From the NCBI GenBank assembly GCA_965248055.1, contig CBDFIJ010000004.1, positions 3,281,973 through 3,345,972 of the forward strand: a stretch of DNA of 64,000 bases. The letters are read 5' to 3'. Source of the DNA: Candidatus Multivoradales bacterium. Its GTDB lineage: Bacteria; Acidobacteriota; Thermoanaerobaculia; Multivoradales; JAHEKO01. A program made the position numbers and the translations under genes. Positions within the stretch are counted from its first letter, which is position 1. Each line of letters starts with the position of its first letter. Below the pieces are notes generated by a model, which searched no databases, had not been told where the DNA came from, and saw nothing but the letters and a program-made list of their open reading frames with translations. This document shows positions 1 through 8,448 of this stretch, piece after piece.

Positions 1-2
1 GC

Positions 3-1499
3 GCGCTTGATAACCGCTCCTTCGGCGGCGCCCAGGTGTCGCGCACCTTCTACGCCCGCGGCCAAACCGGGCAACAACTGTTGCTCGGCGCCTATCAAGC
101 TCTGGCACGGCAGATCGGCTTGGGCAAAGTCGAGATGCACACCCGCACCGAGATGCTCGACGTTATTACTCATGAAGGCCAAGCCTGCGGCATCGTCACC
201 CGCGACATGGTGGGCGGCGAGATCCGTTCTTGGACCGCCGACGCGGTGGTGCTGGCCACCGGTGGCTACGCCAACGTTTTCTATCTCTCGACCAACGCCA
301 AGGGCTGCAACGTCACCGCGGCTTGGCGCGCGCACCGTCGCGGCGCCCTGTTTGCCAACCCTTGTTATACCCAGATTCATCCCACCTGCATTCCCCAGGC
401 GGGCGACTACCAGTCCAAGCTCACCTTGATGAGTGAATCTTTAAGAAACGACGGTCGCATTTGGGTACCCAAGAACAAGGACGAAGACCGCAAACCAGTC
501 GATATTCCGGAAGACCAGCGCGACTACTTCCTCGAACGCCGCTATCCGGCCTTCGGCAACCTGGTGCCCCGCGACGTCGCCTCCCGCGCCGCCAAGACCA
601 TCTGCGATGAAGGTCACGGTGTCGGCGCCAGTGGCCGCGGCGTCTACTTGGACTTTGCCGATGCCACCAACCGGCTCGGGCGCGACGCCATCGAAGATCG
701 TTACGGCAACCTGTTTGACATGTACCACGACATCACCGGTGAGGACCCGTACAGCTCGCCGATGCGCATCTACCCGGCACCGCACTACACCATGGGCGGC
801 CTGTGGGTGGACTACAACCTGATGACCACCGTGCCCGGCCTCTACGCCATCGGCGAATGCAACTTCTCAGATCACGGTGCCAATCGTCTGGGGGCTTCAG
901 CACTGATGCAGGGGCTGGCCGACGGCTACTTCGTACTGCCCAACACCATCGGCAACTATCTCTCTGAGCGCATGGGCGAAGAAGTGATCTCAACCGACCA
1001 CGACGCCTGCAAGGCGGTCGAGGCCGACGTCCGTGAACGCACCGAGCGCTTGCTCTCGGTCAACGGCAGCCGCTCGGTGGATTCCTTCCACCGCGAGCTG
1101 GGCAAGATCTGCTGGGACTTGATCGGCATGTCCCGTGACAGTGAAGGCCTCAGAGAAGCCTTGGAAAAGATCCCCACTCTGCGCGAGGAGTACTGGCAAA
1201 ACGTCAAAGTGCTGGGCAACAACCAGTCGTTCAACCAGGCCCTAGAAAATGCTGGACGCGTCGCCGACTTCTTTGAACTTGCCGAACTCATGGCACGCGA
1301 CGCCTTAGACCGCGACGAATCCTGTGGCGCCCACCTGCGGTTGGAACACCAGACCCCCGGAGGCGAGGCTGAGCGCAACGACCAGGACTACTCCTACTCA
1401 GCCGCCTGGGAATACACCGGCCCCGGCAACGAACCCAACCTGCACAAAGAACAGCTCGAATTCGAGAACGTACATCTGGCTAGCAGGAGCTACAAGTGA
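3..1499 (+). CDS. sdhA: Succinate dehydrogenase/fumarate reductase flavoprotein subunit (5' end lies outside the window)
   Basis: Motifs [44 protein letters not shown] and ESCGAH; followed by the Fe-S subunit gene. Confidence 0.95.
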   Translation, partial: ALDNRSFGGAQVSRTFYARGQTGQQLLLGAYQALARQIGLGKVEMHTRTEMLDVITHEGQACGIVTRDMVGGEIRSWTADAVVLATGGYANVFYLSTNAKGCNVTAAWRAHRRGALFANPCYTQIHPTCIPQAGDYQSKLTLMSESLRNDGRIWVPKNKDEDRKPVDIPEDQRDYFLERRYPAFGNLVPRDVASRAAKTICDEGHGVGASGRGVYLDFADATNRLGRDAIEDRYGNLFDMYHDITGEDPYSSPMRIYPAPHYTMGGLWVDYNLMTTVPGLYAIGECNFSDHGANRLGASALMQGLADGYFVLPNTIGNYLSERMGEEVISTDHDACKAVEADVRERTERLLSVNGSRSVDSFHRELGKICWDLIGMSRDSEGLREALEKIPTLREEYWQNVKVLGNNQSFNQALENAGRVADFFELAELMARDALDRDESCGAHLRLEHQTPGGEAERNDQDYSYSAAWEYTGPGNEPNLHKEQLEFENVHLASRSYK

Positions 1500-1525
1500 C
1501 TGTCGCTTGGGTCAAGCGACAGTCA
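1497..1525. terminator. Perfect 13-bp stem-loop overlapping the sdhA stop codon
   Basis: TGACTGTCGCTTG-ggt-CAAGCGACAGTCA; there is no U-tract, so its function is uncertain. Confidence 0.4.
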
Positions 1526-1815
1526 TCCCGAGCGGAGGCCCGAAGGGCCGTAGTCGAGGGATCTAGACTTTGCCCATCCACCGATAACCCCGTTGTCACC
1601 CAGAGCGGAGCCGCGAAGCGGCGCAGTCGAAGGATCTCGGTATTGCTCAACCTCATCATTTTGAGCGAGTCACCCCCTCCGTTATTCTCGCATAGGCGTG
1701 CCAGTAGAGCCTGCCCCGGCGGGGGGGGGGGTGTGAGTAGAGCCGGGGTTATCCTGAGCTCGCGCCCCTTTTGTCATCCCGAGCGTAGGTCCGTAGGACC
1801 GCAGTCGAGGGATCT
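1522..1815 (+). repeat. Three 43-bp REP-like palindromic repeats (1522-1564, 1595-1637, 1773-1815) plus degenerate partial copies
   Basis: Consensus GTCA(T/C)CC(C/A)GAGCG.AG-hairpin-G.AGTCGA.GGATCT; inner hairpins GGCCC-gaa-GGGCC, GCCGC-gaa-GCGGC and GGTCC-gta-GGACC. Confidence 0.85.
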
Positions 1816-1857
1816 CAAAAGACCGATGCACCCCAGACCAGCCTTCATGAGAACCCC

Positions 1858-2586
1858 ATGCGCCTAACCCTCGAAATCTGGAGACAACAAAACGCTGACG
1901 CCCAGGGCGGCATCGTCCAGTACCAACTCAACGACGTCTCATCCGACATGTCGTTTCTGGAAATGCTGGACGTCCTAAACGAGCAACTCACCGAACGCGG
2001 CGAAGACCCGGTCGCCTTTGACCACGACTGCCGCGAAGGCATCTGCGGCATGTGCGGCGTGATGATCAACGGCCAGGCCCACGGCCCGCTGCCCGAAATG
2101 ACCACCTGCCAACTACATATGCGCCATTTCTCCGACGGCGACACCATCCGCATCGAGCCCTGGCGCTCCGCCGCCTTCCCGGTCGTGCGCGATCTAGTGG
2201 TCGATCGCGGTCCCTTTGATCGGATCATCGAATCCGGCGGCTACATCTCCATCGGCACCGGTGCTGCCCCCGACGCCAACTTGATCCCGGTCCCCAAAGA
2301 CATCGCCGACCAAGCCATGGACGCCGCCGAATGCATCGGCTGCGGCGCCTGCGTCGCCCAGTGCCCCAATGGCGCCGCCCAGCTCTTCACTGCTGCCAAG
2401 GTCTCCCATCTCGGCCTGCTACCCCAAGGCCAGCCCGAACGCTCTCGCCGAGTGCAGAGCATGGTCGAAACTATGGAGGAGTACTTCGGCTCGTGCTCGA
2501 ATTACGGGGAGTGCGAGGCAGTGTGTCCGAAGGGGATTTCGCTGGAGTTTATTGCCAGGATGAATCGGGATTGGGTGCGGGGGTAG
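1858..2586 (+). CDS. sdhB: Succinate dehydrogenase/fumarate reductase iron-sulfur subunit
   Basis: Cys clusters [22 protein letters not shown] and [12 protein letters not shown]. Confidence 0.96.
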   Translation: MRLTLEIWRQQNADAQGGIVQYQLNDVSSDMSFLEMLDVLNEQLTERGEDPVAFDHDCREGICGMCGVMINGQAHGPLPEMTTCQLHMRHFSDGDTIRIEPWRSAAFPVVRDLVVDRGPFDRIIESGGYISIGTGAAPDANLIPVPKDIADQAMDAAECIGCGACVAQCPNGAAQLFTAAKVSHLGLLPQGQPERSRRVQSMVETMEEYFGSCSNYGECEAVCPKGISLEFIARMNRDWVRG

Positions 2587-2783
2587 GTCGGAACCTGACT
2601 CGGAAGCGTGGAATGTCGGGCTACTTCCGAGCACCGCAAATCAGTCAGAAATACTTCCCCTCCGCTTGATAGCAGTATTCAACTGCGCCATACCTCGACG
2701 CGCTGCCTGTCGCGATCAGGCACCCACCTGTTTCGATGCGATACGATTGAAGCATCCGGGGACGGTGTTAAGAGGCTTTTCCA

Positions 2784-3098
2784 ATGTCACATGCCAAGAC
2801 CAAGCAGGATGTCCTGCAACGACTTCGCGCGAATACACCGCGCATTCGTGCGTTGGGCGTGCTGCGCATCGGGCTTTTTGGTTCCTTCACGCGCGATCAA
2901 CAGAATGAAGGAAGCGACGTCGACCTGATCGTGGAATTCGAGCCGGAGCGCAAGAGTTTCGACTCGTTTATTCAACTTTCGTTTTTCCTGGAAGAGCTTC
3001 TTGGTAGACGGGTCGACCTCGTGACCACTCAAGCGCTTAGCCCCTACATTGGTCCCCATATTCTTGCCGAGGCGGTCTATGCTGACCTCGCCGCTTGA
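2784..3098 (+). CDS. Minimal nucleotidyltransferase (MntA-like antitoxin)
   Basis: GLFGSFTR...SDVDLIV MNT signature; 104 aa; overlaps the downstream HEPN gene. Confidence 0.9.
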   Translation: MSHAKTKQDVLQRLRANTPRIRALGVLRIGLFGSFTRDQQNEGSDVDLIVEFEPERKSFDSFIQLSFFLEELLGRRVDLVTTQALSPYIGPHILAEAVYADLAA

Positions 3099-3450
3099 CT
3101 ACCTACGCCATATCCGTGATGAGGCGAGTTATCTGCTGGATCGCTCCGGTAGCATGGGTAAGGAAGAGTTCTTGCGCGACGAGACGGTGAAACGCGCTTT
3201 CGTTCGGAGCATCGAAGTCATTGGCGAGGCCGCCAAGAAAGTTCCGGCAGAACTGAGAGAGCGGCACACCCAGATCGACTGGCGCGCCATGTCCGGCATG
3301 CGGGACCGTCTAATTCACGGCTATTTCGGTGTCGACTACGAGATCGTCTGGGACGTAGTGGCGAACAAGGTGCCGGAGCTTCATGAGTACATCAACACCA
3401 TCCTGGAGGAAGGCTCGGACCTGCCGTCGGGGGAGGAGCGAGCGCCCTGA
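3079..3450 (+). CDS. DUF86/HepT-like HEPN ribonuclease toxin
   Basis: EVIGEAAKK...[24 protein letters not shown] contains the HEPN Rx4H motif; ATG at 3079. Confidence 0.9.
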   Translation: MLTSPLDYLRHIRDEASYLLDRSGSMGKEEFLRDETVKRAFVRSIEVIGEAAKKVPAELRERHTQIDWRAMSGMRDRLIHGYFGVDYEIVWDVVANKVPELHEYINTILEEGSDLPSGEERAP

Positions 3451-3452
3451 GA

Positions 3453-3578
3453 TTGGTCGAGACCATAGAGGAGTACTTCGGCTCCTGCACAAACTACGGC
3501 GAGTGCGACGCGGTGTGTCCGAAGGGGATTGCTTTGGAGTTTATTGCCAGGATGAATCGGGATTGGGTGCGGGGGTAG
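3453..3578 (+). repeat. Orphan copy of the sdhB 3' end (126 bp, ~89% identical to 2461-2586)
   Basis: Translates [41 protein letters not shown]; 14 mismatches by manual count; last 44 nt identical. Confidence 0.95.
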
Positions 3579-3586
3579 GGGGTTAG

Positions 3587-3826
3587 GTGTCTCCCACCGT
3601 TCGGCGCATCGGACCGTACCGTTTCTTTTTCTACAGCAACGAAGGCACCGAGCCTTCACATATCCATGTTCAGCGCGATCATCGCGTGGCTAAGTTTCGG
3701 CTAGATCCGGTGCGATTGGCGCGTACCGGGCACTTTCCAGATCACGAAATTCGTGAGGCCGAGGCGTTAGTGCGAGATAATGAAGCCGAACTATTGGAGG
3801 CATGGCATGAGTTCTTCGGTCGTTGA
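3587..3826 (+). CDS. DUF4160-family small protein (predicted toxin)
   Basis: PTV...YRFFFYSNE..EP.HIHV....AKF.L...WHEFF pattern; paired with a DUF2442-like gene. Confidence 0.85.
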   Translation: MSPTVRRIGPYRFFFYSNEGTEPSHIHVQRDHRVAKFRLDPVRLARTGHFPDHEIREAEALVRDNEAELLEAWHEFFGR

Positions 3827-4061
3827 GAAAATTGCCCTGGCGAGCAGGGTAGAAGTTACCGCAACCGATTTGCGGGTGAACTTGGTCGATGGGCGGCAGA
3901 TTGTGGTGCCCCTCTCGTGGTTCCCACGATTGGAGCAGGCGACGCCGGAAGCCAGGAAGAACTGGGAGTTGCTTGGCGGTGGCGAGGGAATTCACTGGCC
4001 GGATGCTGATGAGGATTTGAGTGTGGCAGGGTTGTTGGGTGGGTCGGTGGTTGCTGGATGA
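3807..4061 (+). CDS. DUF2442-family protein (predicted antitoxin)
   Basis: L.DGR.I.VPL.WFPRL..AT...R.NWEL.GGGEGIHWP..DEDLSV.GLL. Confidence 0.88.
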   Translation: MSSSVVEKIALASRVEVTATDLRVNLVDGRQIVVPLSWFPRLEQATPEARKNWELLGGGEGIHWPDADEDLSVAGLLGGSVVAG

Positions 4062-4072
4062 GCCTAGCGATC

Positions 4073-4234
4073 CAAGGCCAACCTGAACGCACTCGCCGGG
4101 TGCAAAACATGGTCGACACCATGGAGGAGTACTTCGGCTCCTGCTCGAACTACGGTGAGTGTGAGGCGGTGTGTCCGAAGGGGATTTCGCTGGAGTCTAT
4201 TGCCCGGATGAATCGGGATTGGGTGCGGGGGTAG
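4073..4234 (+). repeat. Second orphan copy of the sdhB 3' end (162 bp, ~91% identical to 2425-2586)
   Basis: Translates [53 protein letters not shown]; 15 mismatches by manual count. Confidence 0.95.
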
Positions 4235-4240
4235 GGGTAG

Positions 4241-4927
4241 ATGGCGGTCGCGTTCGACCGTGAGTTGGCGAGGCCAGTGTATGAAGATCTTGCCCACCTG
4301 CAAGAGAATTGGAACCAGCAGGCTACTGACGCAGTTCTGCGTCGCGAGAGTACAGTTCTGCGGCGCTTGCTTGTTGACGGGCATTTGTCTCGCGTCGCGA
4401 GTAGCATCGGCATCAAGTATCGCCTCCAAGTAGGCTGTCTTTGTGAGTTCTATACAACGGAGCGGTTAAAGGGCTATGAATATTGGATGGCCCCTTATGT
4501 AAAGTACAAGGGCGCGGCAGTTCAAATGGCGTCTATACGGAACCGGGCGGTAACTGAAAATGAGCTCAAAATCGAGCATGAGGCTCGAAAGGCGTTGGCT
4601 GATAAGTCGAAGGCGATCAGCGTACCGAAGTACCTGCAGTTGCCAGCCATGGTTGTTGAGGGAATCATAGTTAGGCATCAAGGTGTAATTCAGTTTGTAT
4701 GCAACAAGCTGGGCGGGGCACACTACGATCGGAGTCGTAAGAGGCAACGAGATCAACAATTTGTTCTTCTGGACAAGGTTCGGTCCGGCGATTTTCAGGT
4801 GCTGGGAAAGGATGCAGTGTACTTACAGTTGTTAGGTGTCGGCCAGGCAATCGCTACGAATCAAATCACTTATCGGGTGATGTCCCGGCTGAGGAGTATG
4901 GGAATCGAACAACCTAGCAAGGATTGA
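4241..4927 (+). CDS. Hypothetical protein (third cargo gene, lower GC)
   Basis: 228-aa ORF starting 6 nt after the sdhB-copy stop; contains CNKLGGAHYD. Confidence 0.75.
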   Translation: MAVAFDRELARPVYEDLAHLQENWNQQATDAVLRRESTVLRRLLVDGHLSRVASSIGIKYRLQVGCLCEFYTTERLKGYEYWMAPYVKYKGAAVQMASIRNRAVTENELKIEHEARKALADKSKAISVPKYLQLPAMVVEGIIVRHQGVIQFVCNKLGGAHYDRSRKRQRDQQFVLLDKVRSGDFQVLGKDAVYLQLLGVGQAIATNQITYRVMSRLRSMGIEQPSKD

Positions 4928-5423
4928 CTATATCGAGTAGATGTCAGCCGAAATTAGGTGCCACCCGAATAAATGAGATTTGAACGGTTGTACAAAGCAT
5001 CGTGAAACTCGGACCTCTGGGAATAGGTGCCACTTATTAGGCGGCGTTATGTCAAGGGGTACATCTTTTCTTTCCGGGTGGGGGGCGTCCCGGTATTGAG
5101 TGATCAAAGAAAGGCAGCGCTAGTTTTTTGGGTCTCATTAAGTAGGAGTCGATGACGCTCCAGCCACTCATCAGGATCTAGGTAGTCGAGTTATCAGTCC
5201 TCGGTACCCCAGGCAGTATCGTGCCCCAGAAACCCGTTGGTCTCGATTCCGTTTCCATGAGAAGGGATTCAGTCGCATGGTTTTCGAGCTAGTAGCTCGA
5301 TCCAGCCCCTGGTTGGTTGACGGAGTCGTGCGCCACCGGTGCAAGTAAGAGAGATCGAGGCCGCTTCCACTCAGATGATTGGTTATTAACACAGCATCTT
5401 TCTGGTTGGCGGCCTCGATCTCA

Positions 5424-6440
5424 TTAGCCAAACAGCCTTTCGGGCTGGTAAGGCGCTTGATCCCTCATCATGAAGTAAGCAGCGCGTGCGAGCTTGTGGG
5501 CAAGAGCCCTGGTGGCGAGAAGGGAGCCGGATCGAGATCGTTTCTTGTCATGCCATTTGCGTGCTTTGGGCTGCCAACGGACGGCAAAGTGTGCGGCTTC
5601 GTGAAATGCCCAGGACAGGTAGGGGTTGCCGTTCTTGCGCAGTCCATGTCCTTTGATCCGTTGATTGGAGTTTCTCTCGGCTTTGACCAGTCGGCAGTAG
5701 GAGACGTAGTTACCCACTTTGGGGAAGCGATTGATATCTCCGGTCTCATATTGGATGGTCGCAGCAAGAGTCGCTCCGATGCCAGGGATGGAGGTGAGCA
5801 AGCGGTAGCTGTCTTCCAGAACTGCCTGCTCGCTAATGGTCTTTTCGATTATCTCGATTTGTTCATCGAAGGCCTCGATCATCGCCAGCGAAGCGATCAT
5901 CGAGAGTTGGTCATTTGGATCGTCGATCCAGTTGCTGATGTCTTTGACGGTGACCTTGTTCAAGGCGTTGGCAGACAGTCGCTTGGCTGTGGTGCGTTCA
6001 AGGACATTGCGCAGGCTGAGTTTATTGGCCGAGCGCTGGCGAACCAGCTGAGTGCGTCGACGCAGAAGATCCCGTACCGCTCGTTTTTCCGGTGGGTAGA
6101 TCCACCCCGTGGGCAAGATCCCGAGTCTCAGCATGTGGGCCAGCCACCGGGCGTCGGTTTTGTCGTCGGTATGCTTGAGACCTTGATACTGCTGGGCTGC
6201 CAGAGTGTTGACCAAATGCACCTTGTAGCCCGAGTCCTTAAGACCATCGACCAGCCAATACCAGTTGAAGGTCGATTCAACCGCAATGCCCTCCATCTTT
6301 CCAGCATAAGGTTCCAGGCCCGAGCGGATGGATTCAAGGTCGTTGCGGTAACGCTTTGCCTTAACCATTTGGTCAGACTCGTCAATAACCGCCAAATAGC
6401 TGTTGTTTGCGTGAAGGTCGATCCCGGCGTACAGTCCCAT
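5424..6440 (-). CDS. IS110-family transposase/recombinase
   Basis: GIDLH, AVEST.NWYW, HTDDKTDARWLA (DEDD RuvC-like) and SIPGIG...SY..L.....S. Confidence 0.93.
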   Translation of the reverse strand: MGLYAGIDLHANNSYLAVIDESDQMVKAKRYRNDLESIRSGLEPYAGKMEGIAVESTFNWYWLVDGLKDSGYKVHLVNTLAAQQYQGLKHTDDKTDARWLAHMLRLGILPTGWIYPPEKRAVRDLLRRRTQLVRQRSANKLSLRNVLERTTAKRLSANALNKVTVKDISNWIDDPNDQLSMIASLAMIEAFDEQIEIIEKTISEQAVLEDSYRLLTSIPGIGATLAATIQYETGDINRFPKVGNYVSYCRLVKAERNSNQRIKGHGLRKNGNPYLSWAFHEAAHFAVRWQPKARKWHDKKRSRSGSLLATRALAHKLARAAYFMMRDQAPYQPERLFG

Positions 6441-6458
6441 TGGGTGCTCCTTTGTGGT

Positions 6459-7822
6459 GGATGTGTCCCGAATCTTGTGGAAATTGGTATTTGGCGTAGC
6501 GTCTCCCGCGGTCAGGTTTAGTTGATTCTAGTCCTACGCGGCTGCTTGACGGTCAAGCATCCGGTACAAGTCTTGGTAGCCGTTGATGCGGTGCATCCTG
6601 ATCTGACCGAAAGCGACGAGTCCCCAGAGCAAGGTAACACCCGCTGCCTCAGTCGAGAATGAGCCTTGGGTCTTGGTACGGCGCCGAAACTCACGGTTGA
6701 GATTCTCCAGCGCGTTGGTGGTCCTTGTGGATCGCCACAATGATCTCGGTAAATCGTCGAAAGTGATCAGTTCCATCCCAGCCTCTTGGAAGCTCCTGGC
6801 TACTGCGGGCACCAGCTTGGACCACTTGGTAACAAAGATTGAATAACTCTCTCGGGCCTCCAGGGCATCTTGGGCTCGCAGCACTTGATCCCAGTCTCGC
6901 TTGAGCTCACCATGAGCATGCTTAGGGCAATGCTTCTTCAGGTTTTCCCACTTGTGCTGGATACAACGCTGGACTTTGGCCTCTGGCCAAGCCCTGACTC
7001 CTACCGCCAAACCCTTGTGGCCGTCTGAGACCAGGAGATGCGGTGCTTTCAAGCCCCTGCGTTTAAGATCTTCAATCAACCACTTCCAGTGACTGCCTGC
7101 CTCACTGGCTGCTAACCGTAGAGCTACCAGGACTTTGGTGCCATCTTCTCTTACCCCCAGAGCAGCCAACACCGGAGCTGACACCACGCGCCGAGCAAGC
7201 CGCACTTTCAAGTGAAAGCCATCAAGAAACAAGATCGGGTAGCTTTCCTCAGACAGGCCTCGCTCACTCCAACGGGCAAAGTGCTCCTTCAAACGCGATA
7301 CCACCCGAGACACAGCGCTCTTGGATAGATGCTCCCTGCCCAGCAGTGGAGTCAAGGCCTTCTTGATCCGACGGCTGTTGGCCCCTGCTAGGTAGCAGCC
7401 GAGAATCGCTTCATCCACCTCTCGGGTGCGCCGCTGGTAGCGCTCAACAAGATGGCTTTGAAACTCCTCAGTGGATCCATCTTGGCCTACTACCCGACCA
7501 CGAGGAATTCGCAGTTGCCGGGATCCGTATCGGGTCGTGATCGTCCGCTCTTGTTTGCCGTTGCGATAGCCCGAGCGCTCACCTGAACGCTCGTACGCAA
7601 CACAACCCAATGCGTCAGCAAGCTCTCCTTCTAGAACTATTTCGATTGCTTCCCGGATACGGTGCTGAAGCTTTGACTGGATATCTTGCTGGAAACGAGA
7701 TGATTCCGGTCTCTGATTGGTACTCTTGTCCATGGCGTAGCCTCCTTTCGCCTACTCGGCGATGGGTTTTGACTACCGGAGGTTACGCCTTTCTCAATTT
7801 CCACAACAATCGGGACGGATCC
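6459..7822 (-). mobile_element. IS256-family element, complete
   Basis: Imperfect terminal IRs GGATgtGTCCCGAaTcTTGTGGAAATTG / GGATccGTCCCGAtTgTTGTGGAAATTG; 8-bp target duplication TTTGTGGT at 6451-6458 and 7823-7830. Confidence 0.95.
6534..7733 (-). CDS. IS256-family (Mutator) transposase
   Basis: YRNG...IPR.R, LFLDG, VSDGHKGL, QRCIQHK and RTTNALENLNREFRRRTK. Confidence 0.95.
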   Translation of the reverse strand: MDKSTNQRPESSRFQQDIQSKLQHRIREAIEIVLEGELADALGCVAYERSGERSGYRNGKQERTITTRYGSRQLRIPRGRVVGQDGSTEEFQSHLVERYQRRTREVDEAILGCYLAGANSRRIKKALTPLLGREHLSKSAVSRVVSRLKEHFARWSERGLSEESYPILFLDGFHLKVRLARRVVSAPVLAALGVREDGTKVLVALRLAASEAGSHWKWLIEDLKRRGLKAPHLLVSDGHKGLAVGVRAWPEAKVQRCIQHKWENLKKHCPKHAHGELKRDWDQVLRAQDALEARESYSIFVTKWSKLVPAVARSFQEAGMELITFDDLPRSLWRSTRTTNALENLNREFRRRTKTQGSFSTEAAGVTLLWGLVAFGQIRMHRINGYQDLYRMLDRQAAA

Positions 7823-7962
7823 TTTGTGGTTGGCAGTGGATACTTCGGTAAGCCAAAGCTTGTCACTGCGGAGGAGCACCTATCTGAGGACTCCCCTTTC
7901 TGCCAACATGAGTGAGACACTTCCCCGTTCAACAATTAATGTAGGGCGGACGGAGGTAAATC

Positions 7963-8448
7963 ATGTTGAAGATAGATACAAATCGAAGTCTGGTTGGTTC
8001 GAGGGAGAGATCCTCGGCCTTACCGGAGGGGATCGAGGAGCGTAGCGACGAGAGCCCGGTAGGTGAGGCCGTCGCGCTCGACCCGGAGACCCTGGAGAAG
8101 CCCTATCGACGGCGTTTTAGCGCCGCGTACAAGCTTGGCATTCTGGAGCAGGTTGATGCCTGCACCGCAGCGGGTGAAGTAGGAAGGTTGCTGCGTCGCG
8201 AAGGGCTTTACTCCTCACATTTGGCAAGCTGGCGCAAAGCGCGGCGCGAAGGCTCCCTGGCTGGACTTTCCAAGCGTCGCGGGCGCAAGGCAAAGCCGGT
8301 CAATCCCCTGGCCAAGAAAGTCCAGCAGCTTGAGCGAGAGAATGCGCGCCTTAGCGGTGAGCTTGAGAAAGCTCACTTGATTCTATATGTCCAGGGAAAA
8401 GTTGCCGGGCTGCTGGGATTGAGCTTCGACGACGGGAAAAGTTCCTGA
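7963..8448 (+). CDS. IS3-like transposase OrfA (HTH)
   Basis: RRRFSAAYKL.IL...GRLLRREGLYSSHLASWRK; joined to orfB by a TGATG overlap. Confidence 0.85.
   Translation: MLKIDTNRSLVGSRERSSALPEGIEERSDESPVGEAVALDPETLEKPYRRRFSAAYKLGILEQVDACTAAGEVGRLLRREGLYSSHLASWRKARREGSLAGLSKRRGRKAKPVNPLAKKVQQLERENARLSGELEKAHLILYVQGKVAGLLGLSFDDGKSS

Larger units (their letters stand above)
5020..7890 (-). mobile_element. IS110/IS1111-like element interrupted by IS256 (ends approximate)
   Basis: Short sub-terminal inverted repeat ATAGGTGC at 5023-5030 versus GCACCTAT at 7876-7883; ~400 nt non-coding end downstream of the transposase. Confidence 0.55.

Noticed and set aside
1522-1815. CRISPR array
   Set aside because: Repeats vary internally, spacers are irregular (30 and 135 nt), and there are no cas genes
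2589-2597. CGGAACCTG right after sdhB matching the IS3-like end
   Set aside because: Only 9 bp match and the IR does not continue; probably chance
2461-4234. sdhB tail repeats as the template/variable repeats of a diversity-generating retroelement
   Set aside because: Mismatches are not adenine-specific, are mostly synonymous, and no reverse transcriptase is in the window
4930-5060. Integron attC site (GGCGTTAT)
   Set aside because: No matching inverse core or paired arms were found and there is no intI; better explained as the IS110 end
5379-6521. 380-aa plus-strand ORF and similar long antisense or alternate-frame ORFs (e.g. 14796-15698, 30635-31825)
   Set aside because: Shadow ORFs of well-supported genes in GC-rich DNA, with no recognisable motifs
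8431-8448. Programmed -1 frameshift at GGGAAAAG in the IS3-like element
   Set aside because: The motif is not phased as X XXY YYZ in the orfA frame; TGATG coupling is sufficient
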